Of a stretch of DNA of 64,000 bases, positions 14,766 to 25,894 are shown piece after piece. The stretch spans positions 8,432,001 to 8,496,000 of the forward strand of contig CATNEN010000003.1 in assembly GCA_950097015.1 (NCBI GenBank), written 5' to 3'. The notes under the pieces are model-generated. The model was given only the letters and a program-made list of their open reading frames with translations, was not told the origin of the DNA and ran no database searches. The position numbers and the translations under genes were made by a program. The DNA comes from Macrostomum hystrix (Eukaryota > Animalia > Platyhelminthes). How positions within the stretch are numbered: position 1 is the stretch's first letter; every line of letters begins with the position of its first letter.

Positions 14766-17700
14766 TCACTCAGTTGAATCCTGCAGAGGTTGTTCCACTG
14801 ACTCCCTTGGCCGGTTCTTCTTTCGAGCACGGTCTCGCGAGGCTTGATTGAGGGACAAGCGTGCCTGCCCCCAAAGTGACAGACCTCCAAATCGGACACG
14901 GAGGGCATCTTAGAATTGGAGGGCAATGTGGTATGTAGGCAGTAAATCTTCTGTTGCTTTAAGGCTGCTGCAAGTTGGCAAAAGCACATATTTTATTTCT
15001 ATATAGACAGTGCCTATTAAACTATTCCTTACTATTTGTAGTGAAACTTTAAAGGGCACTGTCAAAGTGCCCTGATGGACAAATTACATTATATTAGTAG
15101 TTATGATTAGATACATTTAGGCTATTGAGGACATGCAGAATTAGTTCATCACTCATTATGTTCCTGGCACAAGGATACTGGTATAAAATTATTTTTTACT
15201 CAATAATCTATCTAAAATGTAAATCACCAATGTTACTAGTATATATATATTTACTATTAAAGAATAAAGAGATATAATCAAACTCTTATAGATCTAAAAA
15301 TCTGCTATAGAACCGATTATAAGGTTATAAATATAATTATAACTTTTTAACTTTTTAACTTTTTAACTTTAATAAAAATTATAACATTTTTAATACTAAG
15401 AAAACTTACTCTTCAACTGAGAGATCAATTCAGATGAAGCTGGCTGAAATCCATTTGGCATTAGTGACTGTTCAAACCGATGGGTTGCAACATAATCTGG
15501 CCCCATCAAGCGATCAACCAAATTTAGTACAAACAGAGTTGGTGTCATAGAATTAGGGGTCGCAAAATCCCGGCTTTTTTCAATCCCGGGATCCCGATAT
15601 TAAAAAACTGGAAATCCCGGGATCCCGGGATTGACTTCGGGATTGGAGATTTCCTCCCAGTTTACCTCGATTGCGTCATAAATTCTGATTTTGGTGACAA
15701 AACAAGCATCCCATTTGTGCATTTTAAGATTTTAACGCTGTTTAACTTGCTCCCTATTGTTCTTGCCTAATAGTAATATATTACTAAATGAATAAAGGAA
15801 CTCAAAAAGAACAAAATTCAATCCAATAAACTGTTCTCACTTTTCGCTTTTCGCTTTTAGATAGCACTGTATTGTATTGCTGCTATGCCATACATTTTGT
15901 GTTCTGACTCTGAGTCTGAGTTGAGTTCAGAGTCTTCATTGTCAGAACCAGAAGTCACATCATACAACTATATCCATCAAGCATCAAGTAACAAGTAACT
16001 TAGCAATCAGATGTTCATTATAAAAAGTATTTGTAAAAATCAATTTAAATGTAGCTATGCATTGTATGCAGGCAACGCACTGTCAGTGGTTAAGTGACAA
16101 GCAGAGCTTCAGTTTACATTACAAGCATAGCATACCAAGTTAAGTCAGTGTCAGTCAGTGCTGAATGCGATGGTACTAAACTAAAGGATCTTACTTTTGT
16201 CTTGGAATAGAAAGTGCATTCGTAGCATAACAAGTGCGGACAATGTCTTTCCGCCATTGACGAGCGCAGATTTGTCAGAAAAAGTCCAGCTGAAGAGAAA
16301 GCACGTTCTGCATCAACGCTGGTTGGTGGAATAGCCAGCATCGCGCAGTACAGCAGATCAATGGTCTTGCCACGCTGCCCTGTTAAGCGCAGAAACTCGA
16401 GCTCACGGCCGATTGTGTTCTCCAAGCTGTTTGTCTCGGCCGTCGACTCTGTTGACTGTTTGAGGGCTTGGTGCAGACGGCCTTCTAGGGTCGTTTCGTT
16501 GTGCACATAATGCACTGCACATGTACCATACCATACCATCATAATATCATGCTTTTTACTATTTCAGTAACTCATTTTCTACTTTTCACTTTTCAATATT
16601 TAATTCCCGAATCCCGAATCCCGACGCAATCCCGACTTCCAATCCCGGGATCCCGTAATCCCGAAAAATGTCTAAATCCCGGGATTTCGGTATCCCGGGA
16701 TCCCGGGATTGCGACCCCTACATAGAATGCAATTCCTGGATAAGAGAATTGCCTGCCCAGGTAATCAAAGAGCATCTGAAATATATCAAGGTGAAATCAA
16801 AATGTAGTAAAAAGTATGTGAATACTGTGAATTCATTAAATCATTCATTCATCAAATCAATTCATTATGAATTTCATAAACTTTAGCTATAGCATATCAA
16901 AGGCACATTTTCCTTATATATGCCAAACTTAAGAAGGCATAGCAATTAGCATATATCACAACACTTACTAGGTCCTCATCTGTAGAATGAACAGGACGAG
17001 TATTCTCTCGAACATCTACCATAATTTTCTTAATTTGTTGGAGCAAACGGATCATAGTGTCAGCCTGCAGGCTTGACATTCCTTGGCTGCCAGCATCTGC
17101 AGCCAAATTAATGACTCCTCGTCCTTGCCTTGATGATGAAAAAGTAGCACCCATCACTGGTGTAGGTACAAATACATCATCCAAATTGGATATAGTGCCA
17201 TTACAAATTCCAGACATAGTTGGAGTTGCAGCTTGAGCTCCATTGGTAGTTGCATTAAGAGGCTCATTGTTTGTGGTGGCATCCTCAGATGCAACATTAG
17301 CTGAAGCAATGAGCTGAAGCTTCAATTGCTCCTGCTGCAGGCGATGGTCTTCTATGAATGGTAAAATAAAGGAAAATAAATTATAATGCCAAAAGATAGT
17401 TTGATAGAATGTTAGAAGTTAAGTTAGAAAGACAAGCAATACCTGATAATCAGATACAAAAACTTACTGATTGATTCAATTGATCACTAGATATATTATT
17501 AGATACACGGTTGCCTACAATGAGAAAATATAAATGATTAAGATTTAAGAAGCAAAAAAATACTGGCTCATTGATTTTGTCCAAAAATATTGGCTAGCTT
17601 GAAATTTCAAATGCATAAATAATATAATTACATGGCTGCTTAGCCTTAGTAGAAGCAGATACACTGGTTGCCACATGATGACCAATGCTGTTGTCAGAGT

Positions 17701-18670
17701 CAGAGTCAAGTTCAACATTGGCATTGCAATGGGCATCTAAAAATAAGAAAAATAATTCAAATAAAAAACATTGAATAAGAAACTATATATAGAATAAAAA
17801 TATTACTATAAGTTCATTCTTAAAATTATATTGCTATTGAAAAATATTTTTGGTATTACCTTGACCCTGTACAAAATCAAGAGCATTTTCGGTGTCGAAG
17901 CCATCACCAAAGTAGTTGATTTGCTTTTCTAGATCAGATGCAAATCGTTGGACTTCTAGGAGATAGCTATTGATAAGCACAGTGCATAAGATGTTCTTCC
18001 CATCTTCTTTGATGCACAATGAAGTACCCTAAGGATAAAAGAACATATTTTTATTCTTTTTAGAAAGTTAGAAAAAGTTAGAAAACTAGAAATAGCCTAA
18101 ATCAGATCAAAAATCAGATCAATTATTGAATAAATTTAATAATTTCTCTTCTCTTCTCAATAAATTTGCATGAAATAGGCTTATTAAAAAAGAAATATTA
18201 AAACAAGTGTACCAACCTTGTTCCACTGAACCTTGTCAGCAGCAGAAAACTAAAAGATAAAGAAATTGGAACAAATTATAACATCAAACAGCAAGAACAA
18301 GATTAAGGGTTAAGCCTAAGGTTAAGGTAATATAATTTCTAGACCAAGGCCAAGAAAACTATATGGCCTTAAAACAAAACAAAACAGGAAAAATAATTGC
18401 TTCAGAACAATTGAGTTAAATATGTAGCCAGTAGTATCTATCATTGCATGCCAAAAGCAAAGAAAAAGTCAAAGTGAAACATGCACAAAATTTAAAAAGG
18501 CAAAAGAATAAGCAACTGTTCTTATTTACCTTAGAAAAAAGTGAACGATTAATCGACAGTACTTCGCTGTAGGTTCTGGTCTTATTAAACCACAGAAGAA
18601 CGTAAGTGTTCTCCAATTTCTCTATGCAGAATTGCATTGGCTTGACTCGTGGACGCTTTGATGGATTCAT
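14766..18670 (-). pseudogene. Spliced CACTA accessory gene with C-terminal BEN-domain-like region, disrupted by hAT insertion
   Basis: About 8 GT-AG exons from ATG 18670; last two join in phase as TPTLFVLNLVDRLMGPDYVATHRF...PASSELISQLKNALRVRFGGLSLWGQARLSLNQASRDRARKK; at least two phase breaks upstream, so the model is approximate. Confidence 0.6.
15554..16720 (-). mobile_element. Non-autonomous hAT transposon (1167 bp)
   Basis: TIR TAGGGGTCGCAA / TTGCGACCCCTA, perfect 8-bp TSD CATAGAAT (15546-15553, 16721-16728), subterminal ATCCCGGGAT repeats, hAT C-terminal dimerisation remnant LAIPPTSVDAERAFSSAG. Confidence 0.95.
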
Positions 18671-19606
18671 TCATTGGCTTGGCTTTGTAAATGAGCAAAT
18701 TATATATATTGACGATAGCAGACGATTGGTAAAATAAGTTAGGAAATGCCAATGGCAATTAGAATAGGCTATATTATATTCTGCAGGTACTTGAAAGTTG
18801 AAATTATATTAATAAACTTTTCAGTTGTCTGTCTCCCTTGGCCTTTGGCTTGCAAACTTTGCAAAGAAAAGCAAGCGTAAAAACATTTAAAATCTTTCCA
18901 GGCTTAAACACTTAAACACATACTTTCAAATTTTACTTGTTTCTGCTTTCGAAAAGTGTAATCCCGTCTACCGAAAATTTTTTTTTTTCTTGTTTTAGCA
19001 GAAAGTATTTAATGAATGCAAAACTTCATATCTGGATAACATAGTACCCATCTGCCGAATCATGCACGATCTGGCATGATCTGTACAGAACAGCCAGATC
19101 TGCTAAGAATAATAAGGCAGAACAGATCTGTTAAGATGGGTTGAACAGAATGTCATCTAGGGAGCTCTCTTCTCTTCTAATCGCTGATACCAAGTTGTAG
19201 CAGGCCTCTGCCTCTATGGGTTTAACTGCGCTTTTACTATACGTTACGAGCTCCCACGTCGGTACGGGTTGCCCTGGTAGCTTCTAGTGCCTGAGTGGTA
19301 AGACACTAATTTGCTCCTCTTAGTACCCTTATTCAGTCCTTTCGCGGAGTTTGCTAGTGGATCGAAGTTGTCCGGTCTCAAGCAAGCACTCGTTATACTA
19401 CTGTATTTCTGCTCTTCTGTCTCTATTTCATGCTACACAGTTCTACTTCGCATCTTACTTTTATGGGTTTTGCTTACTTTCAATTACTCCACACTTTAAC
19501 TCTGCTCGCGGTTCGTTTCACACTACTTTTTCTCTCCAATGCTACTGTTGCAGTGGCGTACCATATGGGGGTTGGTGGCAGAGGCCAACCAATAAAGATC
19601 CCAGGG

Positions 19607-20704
19607 GGCCTGCTTATGACATAATCCACAAAAATGACGTTACTACTATAACCAAAAATGACCATAATTTATCCTTATGGAACGAATTTACTTTCGTTAT
19701 TTTCGGCTTCGTTACGCATGTGACGCAGATGGGTACAAATTTTTTGACTGTCCATTGACTGTGACTTTTTCAATTTGTTCACATCAGGACGAAAAATAAG
19801 ACACAAGAAACTAAAGGCTAGACAATTGAAGCTTTTGTGAAGCAAGCATGCATGAACCACTTTAAACTTTAATCGCTTTAAGCTCATCGTTTATTTGAAA
19901 ACTGCAGCGGTCCTCGGTTGCCAAATGATGAAAAAAGAAACCAAGCAATGAAAATATTGAGCTGATTACAGTTACAAAGAGATGGAAAAAAGAAACCAAA
20001 CAATGAAAATGTCCTTTGATGGGACAGCAAAAACAATTCGTCTTGAATATGCAGTCATCTTTGGTTCCGCAAACAGTCAGAATTGGAGTCTTCCACCGTC
20101 ATTTTTGTTCTCCCAAGCAACAGTCAGAATTGAAGTCTGCCACCGTAATTTTTGTTTTCCCAAGCAACAGTCAATTATCAGCTATCATAGCGGTAATCAT
20201 AAACTACACTCTTAGCACTTGCATAGCACCACAAAAAAGACAATTGATTTGACGTCAGAAAAAGTCGCATCAAGGATACAAAATTGGCAATGAAAATAAT
20301 GACCTGATTAGAGTGACATAATGGCCGAACGTCACTTTAACGTCAACGTTAAACTGTCTAAGACAGTTTATGACTTGCATATGTACTTGTCAAGGCGCTC
20401 CTGCCTATCATAGACGATGCTTTCGCACGCATTGATGCCATCAATCAGCGCTTGATCAGCAGAGCGAACAAGTTGTGGCTCTAGTCAGTATTTTATGGTG
20501 CAATAGCTTTTGAAATAGCTTTGCATGGTCAGCAATTTTGTAGGAATATATGGATATTGATGTATTGCAGCACATATTGCCATAAGGAAGAAAAATAAGC
20601 TTCGGTCATATTTGGTTATGGAACAGAGTTACGCAATTTGTCAACTATTACAATGTGACGGAAGAAACGGTCATATTTGGTCTGAACTGTCATAAACGTA
20701 TACC
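19607..20704. mobile_element. Non-coding ~1.1-kb insertion with imperfect inverted ends
   Basis: Ends GGCCTGCTTATGACA...ACCAAAAATGACC versus reverse complement GGTATACGTTTATGACA...ACCAAATATGACC; direct repeat CCAGGG at both junctions; splits the same minisatellite. Confidence 0.7.
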
Positions 20705-20909
20705 AGGGAGTGGGGTGGGGGTTGGTGGCAGAGACCAATCTATGAAGACCCGAGGAAGTGGGGTAGAGAGCGGAAATGGCCAACCAACAAAGACACGCCG
20801 GAGTTGGATTGGGGTTGGTGGCAGAGGCCAGCCAATAAAGACCCGGGGTAGTGCATACTAACTTTCATGTCCGAATTAAACTACAAAAATCTGCCCATCC
20901 ATCACGCAG

Positions 20910-21345
20910 GTACATGCCCTGGCCATTCGACCAGCTATTTCCAAACGAGTGCTTCCCAGCAGACAGCGTTGAGCACATGAATCTGAACGCTAACATGGCT
21001 CGCGACCTGCTTAGCCGCATGCTAGTTATCGATCCGCTGCATCGCATCTCCGTGTTGCAGGCGTTGTCTCATCCCTACATTAACATGTGGTATGATGAAA
21101 CCGAAGTCAACGGCGCGCCGCCTAGACAGTACGATCATTCAGTGGACACTAAGGAACTCTCCGTTGACCAATGGAAGCAATTGATCTTTGCCGAGGTAAA
21201 AGCCTACGAGACTGGCGTTAGAGAGGCCGACAATATTGCCGGTGCCAGCGGCGGCTGCGGAGAAAGCGGAGTCAGCGGAAGTAGCGGAAGCGGACCTGCC
21301 AGTTCTGACGGTGTTTCAAGTGAGTTACCTAAATTGCTTGAGTGA
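20910..21345 (+). CDS. JNK: JNK terminal coding exon 5
   Basis: Acceptor acgcag|G completes the phase-2 Arg codon from exon 4; YMPWPFDQLFP...ARDLLSRMLVIDPLHRISVLQALSHPYINMWYD...WKQLIFAEV is the JNK C-lobe; intron 4 = 6241-20909. Confidence 0.95.
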
Positions 21346-21399
21346 ATGGGTGAGAATGTTGAGTGAGATTTAAAACTGTTCTTTGGTGAGACTTTGCGT

Positions 21400-21692
21400 A
21401 GTTCTTGGGTAAGATTTGAGGTGGTTCTTGGGTGAGATTTTGAGGTAGTTCTTGGGTGAGATTTGAGGTAGTTCTTGGGTGAGATTTTGAGCAGTTCTTG
21501 GGGCAGATTTGAGGTAGTTCTTGGGTGAGATTTTGAGGTAGTTCTTGGGTGAGATTTGAGGTAGTACTTAGGTGAGATTTGAGTAGTTCTTGGGTGAGAT
21601 TTGAGGTAGTTCTTGGGTGAGATTTGAGGTAGTTCTTGGGTGAGATTTGAGGTAGTTCTTGGGTGAGATTGTGGGAGTTCGTTGGTGAGATT
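21400..21692 (+). repeat. 23-24-bp tandem repeat in the JNK 3' region
   Basis: Unit tgagatttgaggtagttcttggg, ~12 copies starting ~55 bp after the stop codon. Confidence 0.9.
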
Positions 21693-22119
21693 TCTCCTTA
21701 TCTTAAGGGGTATCGGAACCTACTGTTAGTGTCAGTTTTTCAGGTCGAAGATCCTTCTATTATAATAACAACTCCTTTCTATTGGGGGCAGTTAATTATT
21801 TAAAAGGTAAATAAATTGTCCCGCTTCCAGGCAACTGATGCCGGAATCATCCATTTTCTGTCCGCCTCACTCAAAATGAGATTTAATTCGGATTTTGCAA
21901 CACGCTTAGAACTAATTTTGTTGGACTTTGTCTACTTGTAGGTTGCTAGTTCTTTTCTGTTCTGCTTTGTGCTCATGTAACAGGATTGCCACTTGCTAGC
22001 ATTGCTATGCTTGCTTCTTCACCAGCTCACTTACCTGTATTTGACTCCTAATTTATATGACTAACAGCTAGATTTTATATAAGCTAGCTCTTTAATTAGA
22101 ATATCCCCCGATACCTAAC

Positions 22120-22460
22120 ACTAAACCAATAAATCTCCCAGATCCCAAAACTGAACCAGTAAATCTCCCAGATCCCTAAACTGAACCAATAAGTCTCCCA
22201 GATCCCTAAACTGAACCAATAAATCTCCCAGATCCCTAAACTGAACCAATAAATCTCCCAGATCCCTAAGCTGAACCAATAAATCTCCCAGATCCCTAAA
22301 CTGAACCAATAAATCTCCCAGATCCCTAAACTGAACCAATAAGTCTCCCAGATCCCTAAACTGAACCAATAAGTCTCCCAGATCCCTAAACTGAACCAAT
22401 AAATCTCCCAGATCCCTAAACTGAACCAATAAGTCTCCCAGATCCCTAAACTGAACCAAT
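22120..22460 (+). repeat. 30-bp minisatellite (~11 copies)
   Basis: Unit aaatctcccagatccctaaactgaaccaat. Confidence 0.95.
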
Positions 22461-23039
22461 CAAGCACACAGTTGGGCGAACTAGAAGGGCACTATTTCCT
22501 TGTCTGTCCAGTTGTTTTGTATTTTCCATTTTCATCAGTTCAGTTGACTGGCTATATCTCCTTTTTTCCACTAGTCAATTTTTTGTACTACTTTAAGTAG
22601 GGTAAGGTCGACATGCCGCCGTTTTGTGTTCGCGATCAATAGTTGCAAATGTACACACAAAGATACAGTATCTCTGCTCCACTTTTTTTCAGCTTGGTGT
22701 CCTTTGTCCTTTATTATTTTATTTTTTGTCTCTTTTTCTACATGATAACTTATTTGAATGATGTAAAGTACGGGCTCGTAGGTACTACAAAAAGTAAAAA
22801 TTGTGAGCTACATGCAGAAAATTCATATTCAACCGTTCTATTTAATTCTATTTTATTGGCACAACCATTAGATTTATATTTTTGTCTAAGTGTTGTCTTC
22901 CTTACCTAGGTGTTCTGCTGTGAGTCTTTGTCAATTGTCTTGTTTTTGTTGCTATTGCCTACTGAACTTGCGAACATCTGCTAGACACTTATGTTTAAAA
23001 AAAAGTTGAACTGTCGTGAGATTTAGAAAAACGCCAGTT

Positions 23040-24262
23040 TAAAATAAAGGGTGAGATTTTGAGAAACGGCAGTGCAACCAGGAGGGTGAGATTTTAAGAC
23101 ACGGCAGTTCAAAATGAAGGGTGAGATATTGAGAAACAGCAGTGCTACCAGAAGAGGTGAGATTTTGAGAAACGGCAGTGCAACCAGGAGGGTGAGATTT
23201 TGAGAAACGTCAGTTCAAAAGGGAGGGCGAGATTTTGAGACACGGCAGTTCAAAGGGTAGGGTGAGATTTTGAAACACGGCAGTTCAAAAGGGAGGGTGA
23301 GATTTTGAAACACGGCAGTTCAAAAGGGAGGGTGCGATTTTGAAACACGGCAGTTCAAAAGGGAGGGTGAGATTTTGAAACACGGCAGTTCAAAAGGGAG
23401 GGTGCGATTTTGAAACATGGCAGTTCAAAAGGGAGGGTGCGATTTTGAAACACGGCAGTTCAAAAGGGAGGGTGAGATTTTGAAACACGGCAGTTCAAAA
23501 GGAGGGTGAGATTTTGAGACACGGCAGTTCAAAAGGGAGGGTGAGATTTTGAGACACGGAAATTCTAAAGGGATGGTGAGATTTTGAGACACGGCAGTTC
23601 AAACGGAGGGTGAGATTTTGAAACACGGCAGTTCAAAGGGGAGGGTGAGATTTTGAAACACAGCAGTTCAAAGAGGAGGGTGAGATTTTGAAACACGGCA
23701 GTTCAAAGGGGAGGGTGAGATTTTGAAACACGGCAGTTCAAAAGGGAGGGTGAGATTTTGAAACATGGCAGTTCAAAAGGGAGGGTGCGATTTTGAAACA
23801 CGGCAGTTCAAAAGGGAGGGTGAGATTTTGAAACACGGCAGTTCAAAAGGAGGGTGAGATTTTGAGACACGGCAGTTCAAAAGGGAGGGTGAGATTTTGA
23901 GACACGGAAATTCTAAAGGGATGGTGAGATTTTGAGACACGGCAGTTCAAACGGAGGGTGAGATTTTGAAACACGGCAGTTCAAAGGGGAGGGTGAGATT
24001 TTGAAACACAGCAGTTCAAAGAGGAGGGTGAGATTTTGAAACACGGCAGTTCAAAGGGGAGGGTGAGATTTTGAAACACGGCAGTTCAAAAGGAGGGTGA
24101 GATTTTGAGACACGGCAGTTCAAAAGGGAGGGTGAGATTTTGAGACACGGCAGTTCAAAAGGGAGGGTGAGATTTTGAGAAACAGCAGTGCAACCAGGAG
24201 GGTGAGACTCTGAGACATGACAGTCCACCATTTCACCCAAAGAAGGGTGAAATTTTGAGAAA
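23040..24262 (+). repeat. 35-bp minisatellite (~34 copies) with internal palindrome
   Basis: Unit gggtgagattttgaaacacggcagttcaaaaggga containing TTTTGAA-N9-TTCAAAA. Confidence 0.95.
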
Positions 24263-25176
24263 AGACAGTTAAAGAAAAAGGGAGAGATTTCACCATTTCA
24301 CAATTAGCTGTCAATAAAGTCTTAAGAAATTCGATATATATTTTATAGACAAAATATTCTACAATGTATCCCAATTACCATTGCAGCGTGAACTTTTATA
24401 ATCCGTTTGTTGTGTTTATTGTTTTGTTTGCACAATCTAAAATAGAATATGCCGTAGTATAGCCCTCCTAAGCTTGCTGCTGTTAATTGTTAAATTTCTG
24501 TGTTCTCCTACCTGTTTTCTTATCCATATTTCGAGCCAAGGCATCCTGACAAACTATTCCAGAACCGGCTTTCGCCGGATTTGTACTTCTGACGCTATTT
24601 TATTTACTCGTTATTTGTTTTTTTAGATTAATTCGTATTTGTTTGTAAATCTATTCTGGCAAGGATATACGTTTTAAGATACAATATGCAGACAAATAAA
24701 ATGAAATGATAGTACGTATCATTTAAATGTGACACACTCAAGCTTGCTTTCATGTAGAATGTCATTCGTCAATAGAATTGTAAATGCCTCTTTAGACTTG
24801 AAGTTTTCTTCTCAAAAGCGCACGTGTCGCTGGTAGTAGTTTTAGAGAGAAATAAGTATTTTTTATGATCACACAAACTTTACTCTTATTCGACAAGCAC
24901 AAAGAGAAAGTTTTAAATACGGGTCCGTATCTACAGGTGTCAAATACGTAGCTTATCACTACTATTTATAATAAGATTCGTACTTTTGCTTGGGAAAGAG
25001 TACCTAGCCGACATTTCTTTTTTCGCTACATATCTTATTGTAAGCTCATATGCTGATTGCAGAGCCAGTTTCATAAAAAAATCAAAGAAAATAAAGCCCT
25101 CTATTTATACCGACGCTTAATGTTGTCATTTAAAAGAATTAAAAGTTACAGCAACACAATTTCTGAAAAAGTTACT

Positions 25177-25248
25177 TGAGCCCGACGTGATTCGAACACG
25201 CAGCCTTCTGATCTGGAGTCAGACGCGCTACCGTTGCGCCACGAGCTC
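25177..25248 (-). tRNA. tRNA-Trp (CCA), copy 1
   Basis: Reverse complement GAGCTCGTGGCGCAACGGTAGCGCGTCTGACTCCAGATCAGAAGGCTGCGTGTTCGAATCACGTCGGGCTCA, 72 nt cloverleaf, T5 terminator nearby. Confidence 0.96.
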
Positions 25249-25455
25249 CAATTGTTGAACATCGAAGTAATGCGATTTAATTAATTTTTTTCGCAACATA
25301 TCGGTTTAACCCAATTTTTAATCACAAAAAGCTCGATTTAACTTTTGCGTTTTCATATCGAAACAAAAATGAAGAGGGTTGGCTAAAGTGCTGAAATTTG
25401 AAATCTCCTCCAATAATTCCATAATAAAAAATAAACGAAATAGGCAAAATTTATT

Positions 25456-25527
25456 TGAGCCCGACGTGATTCGAACACGCAACCTTCTGATCTGGAGTCA
25501 GACGCGCTACCGTTGCGCCACGAGCTC
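25456..25527 (-). tRNA. tRNA-Trp (CCA), copy 2
   Basis: Same 72-nt sequence with one variable-loop difference (AGGTT); flanks unrelated to copy 1. Confidence 0.96.
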
Positions 25528-25894
25528 CATTTACGGTAAATCGACGGGCTGCGTTTTAGTTTGAACGCTAATTAACAATTCGAATACTTTTACTGTACTC
25601 TACCAGAGTACTCTGTATTACTGAGTACAGCAATAAGGCATGTCATTTTTTGTACAGTAAGAGTAGTTTTATGACTTAAAAAAGTCTTAACCACTTCCAC
25701 AGACACAACGGCCGCAAAAAATTTCTTAATTGTTGATGCTTTGACCTCAAGGAATAAAGGAATGTGTATGTATTGATCATCAATTTATAGGCTTTTCTTT
25801 GTGGTAATAGCGTGGTTTAAAGTTACCGTTAACCTTTCTAGGATTAAGAGCTGAGAGATAGTGGGGAGATATACGCCACGAGAGAAATTAGACA

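Larger units (their letters stand above)
10072..19162 (-). mobile_element. CACTA/EnSpm (CMC superfamily) DNA transposon, ~9.1 kb
   Basis: 12-bp perfect TIR CCCTAGATGACA (10072) / TGTCATCTAGGG (19151-19162), 2-bp TSD AG, subterminal AGATCT/CAGATCTG repeats at both ends, internal transposase. Confidence 0.92.
6759..19562 (-). mobile_element. Degenerate tyrosine-recombinase (Crypton-like) element, own sequence 6759-10071 plus 19163-19562
   Basis: Interrupts the minisatellite; imperfect inverted ends GGTGCACCAATG / GGTACGCCACTG (9 of 12 identical); encodes C2H2 fingers and YR motifs; a ~50-bp degenerate repeat (ttgtagcaggcctctgagctctc) runs across the CACTA insertion point, joining the two halves. 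Confidence 0.7.

Noticed and set aside
6756-19570. LTR retrotransposon reading of the large insertion (TGGGG 5-bp direct repeat, TG start)
   Set aside because: No long terminal repeats, no CA end, no gag/RT/integrase.
23040-24262. CRISPR-like 35-bp palindromic repeats
   Set aside because: Units are head-to-tail with no unique spacers, no cas genes, eukaryotic context.
25177-25527. Suppressor or recoded tRNA
   Set aside because: Both anticodons are ordinary CCA (Trp).
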